From an uncultured Alphaproteobacteria bacterium (GTDB lineage Bacteria; Pseudomonadota; Alphaproteobacteria; SMXQ01), in the NCBI GenBank assembly GCA_963752345.1, contig CAVVYA010000002.1, forward strand, positions 845,451 through 909,450: 64,000 nucleotides of DNA, read 5' to 3'. Position numbers and translations under genes: made by a program. Positions 28,914-38,077 of the stretch are shown here, one piece after another; the stretch's first letter is position 1, and each line of letters begins with the position of its first letter. Below the pieces are notes generated by a model, which saw only the letters and a program-made list of their open reading frames with translations, was not told the origin of the DNA and ran no database searches.

Positions 28914-29285
28914 TCCTCAGGCCTCGGGCGAACCGACGGACGATAGGATCGCGGGCCCGCGATGCGGAGTCGGACGTAAACGTCCGCCGCAAGGCTCCGT
29001 TCCCGGTGCTCCGGCCTTGGCAGTACCAACCAGCCTTAGAGCCGGCCCATCCCATGGCGGCAATAGATCGTTTGACTCCGCCATACGGCCTGTCATCGCC
29101 CTGTCCCTCTTCTTTTTGGCTCGAACCGGCTCGGCACGCTATCGTCAAAGCGACGGCCGAGGCAAGCACGCCATTTCTCATATCGCGAGGCCATGAAATG
29201 CTTTGTCCGTGCGTCTGCTTGTCGCATAGTAGAGTGAAAGCACTGCGTTCCGGGATCGTTCGGTAAAGGTGGGCAAACTTTTATC

Positions 29286-29939
29286 ATGGCAAATCTGATC
29301 ACCCTCTTCCGCTTCGTCCTGCTGTTCCCGCTCATCATCATGGCCTATTCCGCGCCGCCCCAATGGCAGGTGCTGAACGCGCCCTTGCTGATCTTCATCG
29401 TCGCGCTCGACGGGGTGGACGGCTGGGTCGCCCGGCGGCGCAACGAAACTTCGGTGTTCGGATCGATCTTCGACGTGGCGATCGACCGCGCGGTCGAGAA
29501 CGTCTTGTGGGTCGTGCTCGCCGATCTCGACCTGGTGCCGATCTGGGTCGCCCTGACCTTCATCGTGCGCGGCACCGTCGTCGATTCGATCCGCTATGCC
29601 GCGATCTCGCGTGGCGAGACCGCGTTCGGCATGATGCGTTCGCCATGGGGCCGCTTCATCGTCGCGGGCCGCTTCATGCGCGGCTTCTACGGCGTCGTGA
29701 AGGCTGTCACCTTCGGCTGGATCTTTCTCATCCAGCCGTGGCCGGCGCTGTTTCCCGAACTCTGGCAGCAATGGGGCAATACCGCCGGCATGGTGACCAA
29801 CCTGCTGATCTATACCTCGGTCGCGCTGTGCATCATCCGCGGCCTGCCGGTGATCATCGAATGCCTGGTCGAGACCAAGGTGATCAAGCTCGAACGCGCC
29901 CCCGCCGCATCGGCCGGACGCATGATCAGGAGAGCTTGA
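29286..29939 (+). CDS. CDP-alcohol phosphatidyltransferase family protein
   Basis: ALDGVDGWVARRRNETSVFGSIFDVAIDR matches D-x2-DG-x2-AR...G-x3-D-x3-D. Multi-pass membrane protein. Confidence 0.85.
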   Translation: MANLITLFRFVLLFPLIIMAYSAPPQWQVLNAPLLIFIVALDGVDGWVARRRNETSVFGSIFDVAIDRAVENVLWVVLADLDLVPIWVALTFIVRGTVVDSIRYAAISRGETAFGMMRSPWGRFIVAGRFMRGFYGVVKAVTFGWIFLIQPWPALFPELWQQWGNTAGMVTNLLIYTSVALCIIRGLPVIIECLVETKVIKLERAPAASAGRMIRRA

Positions 29940-30629
29940 TGGCCTGCGTGCTGGTGGATGTCGACGGCACCCTGCTCGGTGGGCCAAGCAGCGAGTTGCG
30001 CTTCATTGGCTACCTGGCGGCGCGGCGGCGCATCGGCTGGGCGCAGCTTCGGGCGTCCGCCGCCTTCGCGCTGCGCTGGTTTTCGCGCTACGGCCGGCAT
30101 GTCTTCAAGAAGAACAAGGCCTATTTATCGGGCCTCACGGTCGAAGAGGTCGCAGCCAATGGGGCGACATTCGTGGATCACGTGGTGCGGCCCCGGCTGC
30201 GCGCCGAGATTCTCGAATTGATCGCGGGTCATGTCGCGCGCGGCGACCGCGTCGTCCTATTGACCGGCACTCCGGAATTCATCGCTGAGCCGCTCGGCCG
30301 CCTGCTCGGCGCCCACGGTGTCTGCGCAACCCGATGTGCGCGGCAGGACGGCGTCTATACCGCCGAGCCGCCGCTGCTTCACCCGTTCGGCGACGCCAAG
30401 GTGCTTCTGGCGCGCGAAATCTGCCGCGAGGCGAACTGCCCGTTGGCCGAGGCGGTGGCCTACGCCGATTTCGATCCATGACCTGCCCCTGATGCTGCAG
30501 GTCGGACGCGCCGTCGCCGCATGGCCCGACCCCGCGCTGCGCGCCATCGCCGAAAAAGGCAACTGGTCGATTCTCCCGCAGAAGGCCGAGTCGCCCCGTG
30601 CCGCCGCGAAGCAAGAAACCCGCGGCTAG
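29939..30629 (+). pseudogene. HAD-IB family hydrolase (SerB-like), one frameshift
   Basis: ATGA overlap with the upstream gene. VLVDVDGTLL (motif I). The frame breaks at the TTT run 30469-30471; removing one T restores AYADSIHDLPLMLQVGRAVA (HAD motif IV). Confidence 0.8.
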
Positions 30630-30641
30630 TTATTCGTCAAA

Positions 30642-31058
30642 ATGGCTACTTTCACGCTGCATCCACGGCTTGCCGCCGACACGCATTTCGTGGCGGACAT
30701 GCCGCTCTGCCGCGTTCTGCTGCTCAATGACGCGCGCTTTCCATGGCTTATTCTGGTGCCCCGGCGCACGGCTCTGCGCGAGCTTACCGATCTGCACGTC
30801 GAGGATCGCTCGCTTGCGTTCGACGAGATCGAGCGGGCGAGCGACGCCCTGCGAAAACTTTATTCCCCTGACCGCATCAACGTCGCGGCCATCGGCAATA
30901 TCGTTAACCAACTCCACGTTCACGTGGTCGCGCGCAGCACCAAAGATGCCGCTTGGCCAGGCACGGTATGGGGGCATGGAACCGCCCAAGCCTATGACGC
31001 TCCCGCCCTCGTCCGAAGGCGAAGCGAGATTCTGCCGTTTTTAGGAACGGGGTCGTGA
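30642..31058 (+). CDS. HIT family protein
   Basis: 138 aa. NQLHVHVVAR histidine-triad motif. Confidence 0.8.
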   Translation: MATFTLHPRLAADTHFVADMPLCRVLLLNDARFPWLILVPRRTALRELTDLHVEDRSLAFDEIERASDALRKLYSPDRINVAAIGNIVNQLHVHVVARSTKDAAWPGTVWGHGTAQAYDAPALVRRRSEILPFLGTGS

Positions 31059-31227
31059 GCACGTCTGTCGCTGTTCCCCTCGCCACGGCATGCGCGGCCG
31101 TACTATAATCGTCATCCGGCAAGCTGACGCGCAAAGCGAAATGGGAATAATGGCGAAAGCGGCTGACCCAGACGACACCTCCCTGACGAAACGCGCAATG
31201 CACCAAAGGCGGTGGAGAGGCCGGTTC

Positions 31228-34200
31228 ATGACGGCCGAAACCCTCGCCCTCGCGCTATTCTACTTTTGCCTCGCCTGGGCATCGTTCTCCTTCGCCCGGA
31301 GCAGCGACACCATCGCGGCGATCTGGCCGCCTTCGGGGGTGCTGCTGGCGGTTCTGCTGCAGAGCCCGCAAGCCCGTTGGCCGACTTACGCCGGAATCGC
31401 GCTGCTCGCCAGCCTCGCCGCCGGTATTGCCCATATCGACTCCTGGCAAATTTCGCTCGGCCTGGCTCTGGCCAGCGTGATCGAGTCCGTGGTCGCGGCC
31501 TACGTGCTGCGTCGCCTCGTCCCTGGTGATTTTCGCCTGACGGGACTCCGGCAATTGGTCGCGTTGTTCGGGATCGGCTCGCTTGCCGCGGGCTGCAGCG
31601 GTGCGGTCATCAGCGGCTTCGTCTTCTATTTCGCCCATGGCGATGATTTCTGGCAGACATGGACCAACTGGTGGCTCGCCGTCACGACCGGCATTCTCGT
31701 CATCAGCCCTTTGCTGTTGACGTGGCGCGATCCGAGTTCGCGCCTGGTGTTCTCGAACCGGCGTGAATTGCTCGAAGCGGGGGTCACATTGCTCGTGGTG
31801 GCCCTCCTGACCGCCGCCATCTTCAGTCAGCCGGCCGTGCCGCTGCTTTTCCTCATCATGCCCCCGGCAATCTGGACCGCATTCCGCTTCGGCGTCTTCT
31901 TCACATCGTTTGTCTGCCTCATGGTCGCGCTGATCAGCATCGGCATGACCTGGCTCGGCAGCGGACCGATAGTCGGTTTGGCCATTGGCCCGCTTGACCT
32001 CGAACTGCGCATCCTGCAGGGCTTCCTTGCGCTCATGACCTCATCGTCCCTGATGCTCGCTGTCGCCTGGGAACGGAGCCGCGCGGCGCAGCGGGAACTC
32101 TTGCTGAGCGAGGAACGCTTTCGCGACTTCGCCGAATCGACGTCCGACCGCTTCTGGGAGACTGACGAGAACCATCGCTACACCTGGATCTCGCGCCCGG
32201 GCCGCACCACCGGCCGCGATATCGACGCCCTGCTCGGCAAAACCAGAATGGAATTGGCCGGCGGCGACCCGACGCGCGACGAAATCTGGCGCGCGCATTA
32301 CGAGGATATCGAAGCACACCGGCCGTTCCGTGATTTCCATTACAGCACGCGCACCGAGAACGGCCGAATCCAATACCGCCGCGTCAGCGGCAAGCCGATG
32401 TTCGATGAAAACGGCGCGTTCAAGGGTTATCGCGGCACGGTCGCAGGCGTCACGCACAGCATGGAAACCGAGCTTTTGGCGACCCAGCTCGGCCGCATCA
32501 TCGAGGAGTCGCTCAACGAGATCTACGTGGTCGACGCCGACAGCCTGCGCTTCCTGCTGGTCAATCATGGCGCGCGCGACAATCTCGGCTATTCGATGGA
32601 CGAGTTGCGCCACCTGTCGCCAGTCGATATCTGCGCCGACCTGAACTTCGACCAGCTGAGAGGAATATTTCGCCAGCTCGACGCCGAGGATCGCGGCAAG
32701 CTGACCATCGAGCTCGCACACCGGCGCAAGGACGGCACGACCTACGACGTGGAGGCGCATCTCCAGCGCGTCGTCGTCGGTCAGATGCCGCCGGTCTACG
32801 TCGCCGTCGTGCTCGATATCACCCGCCGCAAGGAGGTGCAGGCGGAGTTGGCCGCCAAGTCGCTCCTGCTACGCACGACCCTCGATACCATGGCGCAGGG
32901 AATTTGCGTCTATGACGGCAACCTCCGCCTGGTGGCGTTCAATCAGAAATACATCGACCTGCTCGGATATCCCGACGGCTTCATCCAACTCGGCGGCCGG
33001 CTCGAGGATCATCTGCGCAACAGCGCGTCGCGTGGACTGTTCGGCAAGGGCAATCCCGAGGAACACATCGCCGAGCGCGTGCGCCTCGCGCAATTGGGAC
33101 TCTCGGCGCGCCGCGTCTATCACCGGCCGGATGGGGTGGTGATCGTGTCTCACCGGCGCCCGATGCCTCTGGGCGGGTTCGTCACGACGTTTTCCGACAT
33201 CACCCAACGGCAAACCGCCGAGGAAGCCCTGCAACTGTCGACCTTGGAATTGCAGGACATCAAGGCCAGTTTCGAAGCCGCGATCAAAGCCAGCCGGCAA
33301 ATTCTCTACGACTGGAATACGCTCGACGATACGGTCAAATGGGACGGCGAAACGGATCTCATCCTCGGTTATACGGCGAAGGAATTGGAAGGGCTGCCCG
33401 ACTGGATGGAATTGATCCATCCCGACGACCGTCGCACCTTCGTCAGGGCGCGCGCTCAAGCGGTCATGAGTCAGGATGTCCTGTCGCTGGAATATCGCGT
33501 CTGCCGCAAAGACGGCCGCTACATTCCGGTGGCCGATCGCGGCGTGTTCCTCGCCGGCACGCCCGGCGGCGCTAAGCGCATCGTCGGCTTCATCTCCGAC
33601 ATGTCGGCCCAGAAGGCTACCGAGGAAGCGCTCCGCCAAAGCGACAAGCTGCTGGCGGTCGGCCAGTTGACCGGGGGCATCGCTCACGACTTCAACAACC
33701 TGCTGGCCATTATCCTCGGCAACATCGAGCTGCTGAACGAGGATCTGGGTAGCGACACCACGCACCAGCGGCATATCCAAACGGCATTGACGGCCGCTCA
33801 TCGCGGTGCCGCCCTAACTCAGCGTTTGCTCGCCTTCGCCCGCAAACAGCCGTTGGAGCCGCGCACGACCCAAGTCAATCATCTGGTCAGCGAAATGTCC
33901 GAACTGCTGCGGCGTTCGCTCGACCCGTCGGTTTCCCTCGATATGGTCCTCGCCGACGACCTGTGGTTGACCAGGATCGATCCGAGCGGGTTGGAAAACG
34001 CGCTTCTCAACCTCGCGCTGAATGCGCGCGATGCCATGCCGAGAGGCGGCACGCTCACGCTCGAGACCCGCAATGTCCGTCTCGACAAGAAATATGCCGC
34101 CCTTCACCAGGAGGTTCGCCCCGGCGAATATGTGATGCTGTCGGTGACCGATACGGGCGCCGGTATGGCACCCGATATCCGCGATCGCGCGTTCGAGCCG

Positions 34201-34788
34201 TTCTTCACCACCAAACCTGTCGGTCAGGGCAGCGGCCTCGGGCTCCCGATGGTCTACGGGTTCGTCAAACAGTCCCAGGGACATGCCCAAATCGACAGCG
34301 AAGAAGGCGTCGGCACCACGGTGAAGCTCTACCTGCCGCGCGACGAGAGCGAGGCATCGCAGGAGGTTGCGGCCCCGGCGGCCGAGCACGGGGTCGGCGG
34401 CGGCGAACGGGTACTCGTGGTCGAGGACAACGAGGATGTTCAAAACCTGACCAACCTCGTGCTTAACGGGTTGGGATACCGCACAGTTCTTGCCGGCGAT
34501 GCCCGGGCGGCGCTCGACATTCTGGCCGTCACCCCGGATATCGACGTGTTGTTCACCGATGTGGTGCTGCCGGGAGGCACCAACGGATTCGAACTGGCTC
34601 AGCAGGCTCGTGCCCTGCGGCCACGCCTAAAAGTCCTTTACACTTCCGGGTACACGAACAATGCTATCATGCAGAGTGGCGCCGCTGACGATACGATCGT
34701 GCTCATAGCGAAGCCTTATAGAAAAGCCGATTTGGCGCAAAAAATGCGCCAGGTACTCGCGAAGGAGAGCGCCAATGGCGAGCGCTAA
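31228..34788 (+). CDS. Hybrid sensor histidine kinase: MASE1 - PAS x about 4 - HisKA - HATPase_c - REC
   Basis: GGAGAGG SD before ATG 31228 (the ORF is open from 31090). N-terminal IAAIWPPSGVLLAVLL multi-helix MASE1-like region. H-box GGIAHDFNNLL, N/G boxes (NLALNARDAMP, DTGAGM, GSGLGL), C-terminal receiver (VLVVEDNEDV...FTDVVLPGG...KP). Confidence 0.9.
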   Translation: MTAETLALALFYFCLAWASFSFARSSDTIAAIWPPSGVLLAVLLQSPQARWPTYAGIALLASLAAGIAHIDSWQISLGLALASVIESVVAAYVLRRLVPGDFRLTGLRQLVALFGIGSLAAGCSGAVISGFVFYFAHGDDFWQTWTNWWLAVTTGILVISPLLLTWRDPSSRLVFSNRRELLEAGVTLLVVALLTAAIFSQPAVPLLFLIMPPAIWTAFRFGVFFTSFVCLMVALISIGMTWLGSGPIVGLAIGPLDLELRILQGFLALMTSSSLMLAVAWERSRAAQRELLLSEERFRDFAESTSDRFWETDENHRYTWISRPGRTTGRDIDALLGKTRMELAGGDPTRDEIWRAHYEDIEAHRPFRDFHYSTRTENGRIQYRRVSGKPMFDENGAFKGYRGTVAGVTHSMETELLATQLGRIIEESLNEIYVVDADSLRFLLVNHGARDNLGYSMDELRHLSPVDICADLNFDQLRGIFRQLDAEDRGKLTIELAHRRKDGTTYDVEAHLQRVVVGQMPPVYVAVVLDITRRKEVQAELAAKSLLLRTTLDTMAQGICVYDGNLRLVAFNQKYIDLLGYPDGFIQLGGRLEDHLRNSASRGLFGKGNPEEHIAERVRLAQLGLSARRVYHRPDGVVIVSHRRPMPLGGFVTTFSDITQRQTAEEALQLSTLELQDIKASFEAAIKASRQILYDWNTLDDTVKWDGETDLILGYTAKELEGLPDWMELIHPDDRRTFVRARAQAVMSQDVLSLEYRVCRKDGRYIPVADRGVFLAGTPGGAKRIVGFISDMSAQKATEEALRQSDKLLAVGQLTGGIAHDFNNLLAIILGNIELLNEDLGSDTTHQRHIQTALTAAHRGAALTQRLLAFARKQPLEPRTTQVNHLVSEMSELLRRSLDPSVSLDMVLADDLWLTRIDPSGLENALLNLALNARDAMPRGGTLTLETRNVRLDKKYAALHQEVRPGEYVMLSVTDTGAGMAPDIRDRAFEPFFTTKPVGQGSGLGLPMVYGFVKQSQGHAQIDSEEGVGTTVKLYLPRDESEASQEVAAPAAEHGVGGGERVLVVEDNEDVQNLTNLVLNGLGYRTVLAGDARAALDILAVTPDIDVLFTDVVLPGGTNGFELAQQARALRPRLKVLYTSGYTNNAIMQSGAADDTIVLIAKPYRKADLAQKMRQVLAKESANGER

Positions 34789-35143
34789 ACGTCTTCTCGT
34801 AATCGATGATGAACCCGCGTTCGGCAGCTTCGTGAAGGAGGTTGCCGAGGGCCTGGGCTACGACGTGCGGGTCACCGCCAAGGCGGACGAGTTCGCCGAT
34901 ACCTATGAAACGTTCGATCCCACGGTGATCGTGCTGGACGTGGTCATGCCGGAAGTCGACGGCATCGAACTGGTGCAATGGCTCGCGCAGGAAAAATGCA
35001 AGGCCAAGATCGTCATCGTCACCGGCTACAATCCGCATTACGCCGACGCCGCCAAGCGACTCGTCTCCGCCGGCGATCTGCCGAGCGTCATGACGCTGAC
35101 CAAGCCGGTCAGCCTGGCCGATCTGCGCGCCGCGCTATCCTGA
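34775..35143 (+). CDS. Single-domain response regulator (receiver only)
   Basis: RLLVIDDEPAF...VLDVVMPEVDGIELV...TKP. Overlaps the kinase stop by 14 nt. Confidence 0.85.
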   Translation: MASAKRLLVIDDEPAFGSFVKEVAEGLGYDVRVTAKADEFADTYETFDPTVIVLDVVMPEVDGIELVQWLAQEKCKAKIVIVTGYNPHYADAAKRLVSAGDLPSVMTLTKPVSLADLRAALS

Positions 35144-35390
35144 TCGCCACCTCCCGATCAACTACATCTGGTAGGAATTCTCTGGAATTCGTCTACCCGT
35201 TCATATAACCTTCACAAAGGCCGTGTAGTTTGACATGGCCCTCAGTTGGTAACGGGTCGGAGCGCTTGCAGTACAAGCTCTATCCAGAACAACCATTCAC
35301 GATCGCTGCTTCCATCGCGGATGCCGAGCCACCGGTTTCGCCCCTGCCCGTCAGCAGCCTAGCAATTCGCCATCTTCGCCGCTTTGTCCG

Positions 35391-35425
35391 CGCCTCCCTT
35401 CGGGAGGCGTCTTCGTTCGTGCGTT
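35391..35425 (+). terminator. Hairpin plus T-rich tail (terminator or leader attenuator)
   Basis: cgcctccc (35391-35398) ttc gggaggcg (35402-35409), followed by tcttcgttcgtgcgttcgtttt. Lies 30 nt upstream of the PhoH-like start. Confidence 0.35.
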
Positions 35426-35455
35426 CGTTTTCCGCTCCCCAATCAGGAGGTGTTC

Positions 35456-36205
35456 ATGGCTAAACGGTCCCAGCGCCAATCTACCGCGGTACGGCAGGCC
35501 CCTACCGTAAAGGCGGAGGTTCATCCACTGTTTCCCCATGGTGGCGCTACCGAGATGTTCGACGATTCGGGCCGGGACAGAAGCTATGTGCGCAACGTAC
35601 GCCCCCTGAGCGACAACCAGCGTCGCCTGATGGAAGCGATCGACAAGCACAATCTGGTGGTCACCCTCGGGCCGGCGGGCACCGGCAAGACCTATATCGC
35701 CATCGCCAAGGCCGTCGAGGCGCTCGAGCAAGGCCGCATCGAGCGCATCATGCTGTCGCGTCCGGCTGTCGAGGCCGGTGAAAGCCTGGGCTATCTGCCG
35801 GGCGATCTGGAAGAGAAGCTCGCCCCCTATCTGCGCCCGCTCTATGACGCTTTGAGCGACCGGGTGGGCCGCAAACGGCTCAAGAACCTGCTGACAGAGG
35901 GGTCGATCGAGATCGCGCCGGTCGCCTATATGCGCGGCCGCACGCTGAACAATGCCTTCATCGTGATCGACGAGGCGCAGAACTGCACCTACGGGCAGAT
36001 CAAGATGCTGCTGACCCGGCTGGGCTGGCATTCGACCATGGTGCTGACCGGCGATCCGGACCAGACGGACCTGCTACCCGGCATGTCGGGGCTTTCGGAG
36101 ATCGCGACGCGGCTGGAGACTCTGCCCGACCTCGCGGTGGTGCGCCTGCGCGATTGCGACATCGTGCGTCATCCGCTGGTCGCCAGCATGCTCACGGTCT
36201 TGTAG
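35456..36205 (+). CDS. PhoH-family ATPase (short form)
   Basis: AGGAGG SD. GPAGTGKTY Walker A, VIDEAQN Walker B, LTGDPDQTDL. All are PhoH hallmarks. Confidence 0.85.
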   Translation: MAKRSQRQSTAVRQAPTVKAEVHPLFPHGGATEMFDDSGRDRSYVRNVRPLSDNQRRLMEAIDKHNLVVTLGPAGTGKTYIAIAKAVEALEQGRIERIMLSRPAVEAGESLGYLPGDLEEKLAPYLRPLYDALSDRVGRKRLKNLLTEGSIEIAPVAYMRGRTLNNAFIVIDEAQNCTYGQIKMLLTRLGWHSTMVLTGDPDQTDLLPGMSGLSEIATRLETLPDLAVVRLRDCDIVRHPLVASMLTVL

Positions 36206-36304
36206 CCAGGAACCAACCGGTGCGCCACGCCGCGTCACAGCCGGCGCGGCGCACCGCCGTCACGGGTTGACGCCGCCGGCGGCGACGCGGCCGGTCTCCC
36301 GGCG

Positions 36305-36445
36305 TCACATATCGTCGCGCTGGTATTGCTCCTGCTTCAGGCGCTCTTCGAGTTCGCGGCGCTTGCGCGCCATTTCCTCGCGCTTCTTGTCTTCGTCATC
36401 CTGCCCGGCTTTGGGCGGTTGCGGCGCTTTGGGGTCATCGCTCAT
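36305..36445 (-). CDS. Small highly charged hypothetical protein (46 aa)
   Basis: GAGGAG SD before the ATG. MSDDPKAPQPPKAGQDDEDKKREEMARKRRELEERLKQEQYQRDDM. Predicted only from SD, frame bias and lack of competing ORFs. Confidence 0.45.
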   Translation of the reverse strand: MSDDPKAPQPPKAGQDDEDKKREEMARKRRELEERLKQEQYQRDDM

Positions 36446-36590
36446 GAGGGCTCCTCGCTGGTGTAAGTGCGGGCTGGTCAAGGCCACGTCGTCGAACGGA
36501 TGTTAATCGGATTTTCGATGATGCCAAGCATCGAACAAAAACTTCGACGCCCCGCTCGTTCGGAGGTTTTGCCCGATCGTGCCGTCGTGA

Positions 36591-37475
36591 TCAGCCACGG
36601 CTCGCACGCCACGGCAGCTCCGTCGTTCCGGTCGCCGAACCGCTGCGCTCCGTGCCGGTGACGACACCGCCATCGACCTCGCCGCGAAAATCCCACCGCA
36701 CGGTGCGGCCGCCTTCGCGGATCGGCACCCAGAACGTCAGTTGGGCGCCGCGCAGCTTGCCATCGCGAATCTCAATCGGCCGCAGGCTGTCGGTGGCCAA
36801 CGTGCCGGCAACCTCCTGATAAGTCTGACGCAGGGTGAGCACATGGCGCTGATTGACGCCGCCGCGCTGCCCGGTCCACCGCCAATCTCCCTCGACCTTC
36901 GCGGGGATATACCACAGGAATATCCAGGTATCGCCGTAGTGCTCCTTGGTCATCAGCTGCCGCTGCTGGTCCGGCCGCCAGTCCGCCATATCGTGGAAAT
37001 GAGAAACGATTCGCGTGCCGGGCTTGAGATCGAGCAGCTTCGGACGCAGATCGATATTGACCTTCGGGAAGAGAAACATGGTGATGACCGTCGCCTGGCT
37101 CAGGTCCGTCTTGAAGATGTCCTGCTGCTGGAAGGCGACACGATCGGCCACGCCGGCTGCTTGCGCGTTCGCGATGCTGCGCTTGACCAGGTCGGGATTG
37201 AGGTCGACGCCGAGTCCGCGCGCGCCATATTTCTTGGCAGCCGTTATGACGATGCGGCCATCGCCCGAGCCTAGATCGATGACGAAGTCCTGCGGCGAGA
37301 CCTGCCCGATGGCGAGCATGCCATCCACCACATTGTCGGGAGTCGGCTCATAGGGCACGACGATGCCGCCTTGCGGCGGCGGCCCGAAGACGATCTGCGC
37401 GCGTGCTCCGCCAGCGGCCGCGCAGAATGCCAGAACGGCCAGGACAACGAGCAGCATTCGATTGGTGGCAGCCAT
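36591..37475 (-). CDS. Class I SAM-dependent methyltransferase with N-terminal signal/anchor and C-terminal beta-rich domain
   Basis: MAATNRMLLVVLAVLAFCAAAGGARA leader. VIDLGSGDGRIVI SAM motif I. The 117 codons upstream in the 411-aa ORF are antisense to arfB. Confidence 0.75.
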   Translation of the reverse strand: MAATNRMLLVVLAVLAFCAAAGGARAQIVFGPPPQGGIVVPYEPTPDNVVDGMLAIGQVSPQDFVIDLGSGDGRIVITAAKKYGARGLGVDLNPDLVKRSIANAQAAGVADRVAFQQQDIFKTDLSQATVITMFLFPKVNIDLRPKLLDLKPGTRIVSHFHDMADWRPDQQRQLMTKEHYGDTWIFLWYIPAKVEGDWRWTGQRGGVNQRHVLTLRQTYQEVAGTLATDSLRPIEIRDGKLRGAQLTFWVPIREGGRTVRWDFRGEVDGGVVTGTERSGSATGTTELPWRASRG

Positions 37476-37608
37476 ACCCTTCCCTTCTTCTTCGACGACC
37501 GGCAAACCCTGCAGAGGAGTTTTCCTGCATCGCGCACATGCTGTTATGCTGACCATAACACGCGATCGGCACGCTCCGCGCGCGCACCGTGACCTGGATT
37601 GCAAACCG

Positions 37609-38031
37609 ATGATCGAACTGGCCCCTGGACTGACGGTTGACGAAAAGGATCTGACTTGGAAATTCGTCCGCGCCTCAGGCCCGGGCGGACAGAACGTCAA
37701 TAAGGTGTCGAGTGCGGTCGAACTGCGGATCGATCTCGCCCGTATCGTCGGCCTGCCTGCCGACGCGCTGACCAGGCTGGTCCGGCTGGCCGGCCATCGG
37801 TTGAACCAGGACGACGTCCTCATCATTCAAGCCCAACGCTTTCGCAGCCAGGAACGCAACCGGGCCGATGCGCTCGAACGGCTGTCGGCCCTGCTGCAGC
37901 AGGCGATGGTGCGGCCGAAGACGCGCCGGGCCACGCGGCCCACCAAGGGTTCCAAGGAACGCCGGCTGAAAGGCAAGACCGAACGCAGCCGCACCAAATC
38001 GATGCGCGGCCGCGTGCGTCACAGCGACTGA
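37609..38031 (+). CDS. arfB: Alternative ribosome-rescue factor ArfB (peptidyl-tRNA hydrolase, YaeJ family)
   Basis: 140 aa. FVRASGPGGQNVNKVSSAVELR GGQ motif plus a Lys/Arg-rich C-terminal tail. Confidence 0.85.
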   Translation: MIELAPGLTVDEKDLTWKFVRASGPGGQNVNKVSSAVELRIDLARIVGLPADALTRLVRLAGHRLNQDDVLIIQAQRFRSQERNRADALERLSALLQQAMVRPKTRRATRPTKGSKERRLKGKTERSRTKSMRGRVRHSD

Positions 38032-38077
38032 CCGCGATCACGCCGCACCGGTGCGGCGGCCGACGGCAGGCACGCGT

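Noticed and set aside
35205-35300. Possible tRNA or tRNA-like element in the REC-PhoH spacer
   Set aside because: No acceptor-stem pairing, no GTTCGA/GTTCAA T-loop and no cloverleaf could be drawn by eye.
36591-37826. 411-aa ORF implying a longer methyltransferase
   Set aside because: The first 117 codons are antisense to arfB and Ser/Arg-rich. ATG 37475 gives a sensible signal peptide.
38041-38058. Perfect palindrome cgccgcacc/ggtgcggcg between arfB and a Bug gene, as a terminator
   Set aside because: It could form a hairpin between convergent genes, but it has no loop of normal size and no T/A tract on either side. That is too weak to annotate.
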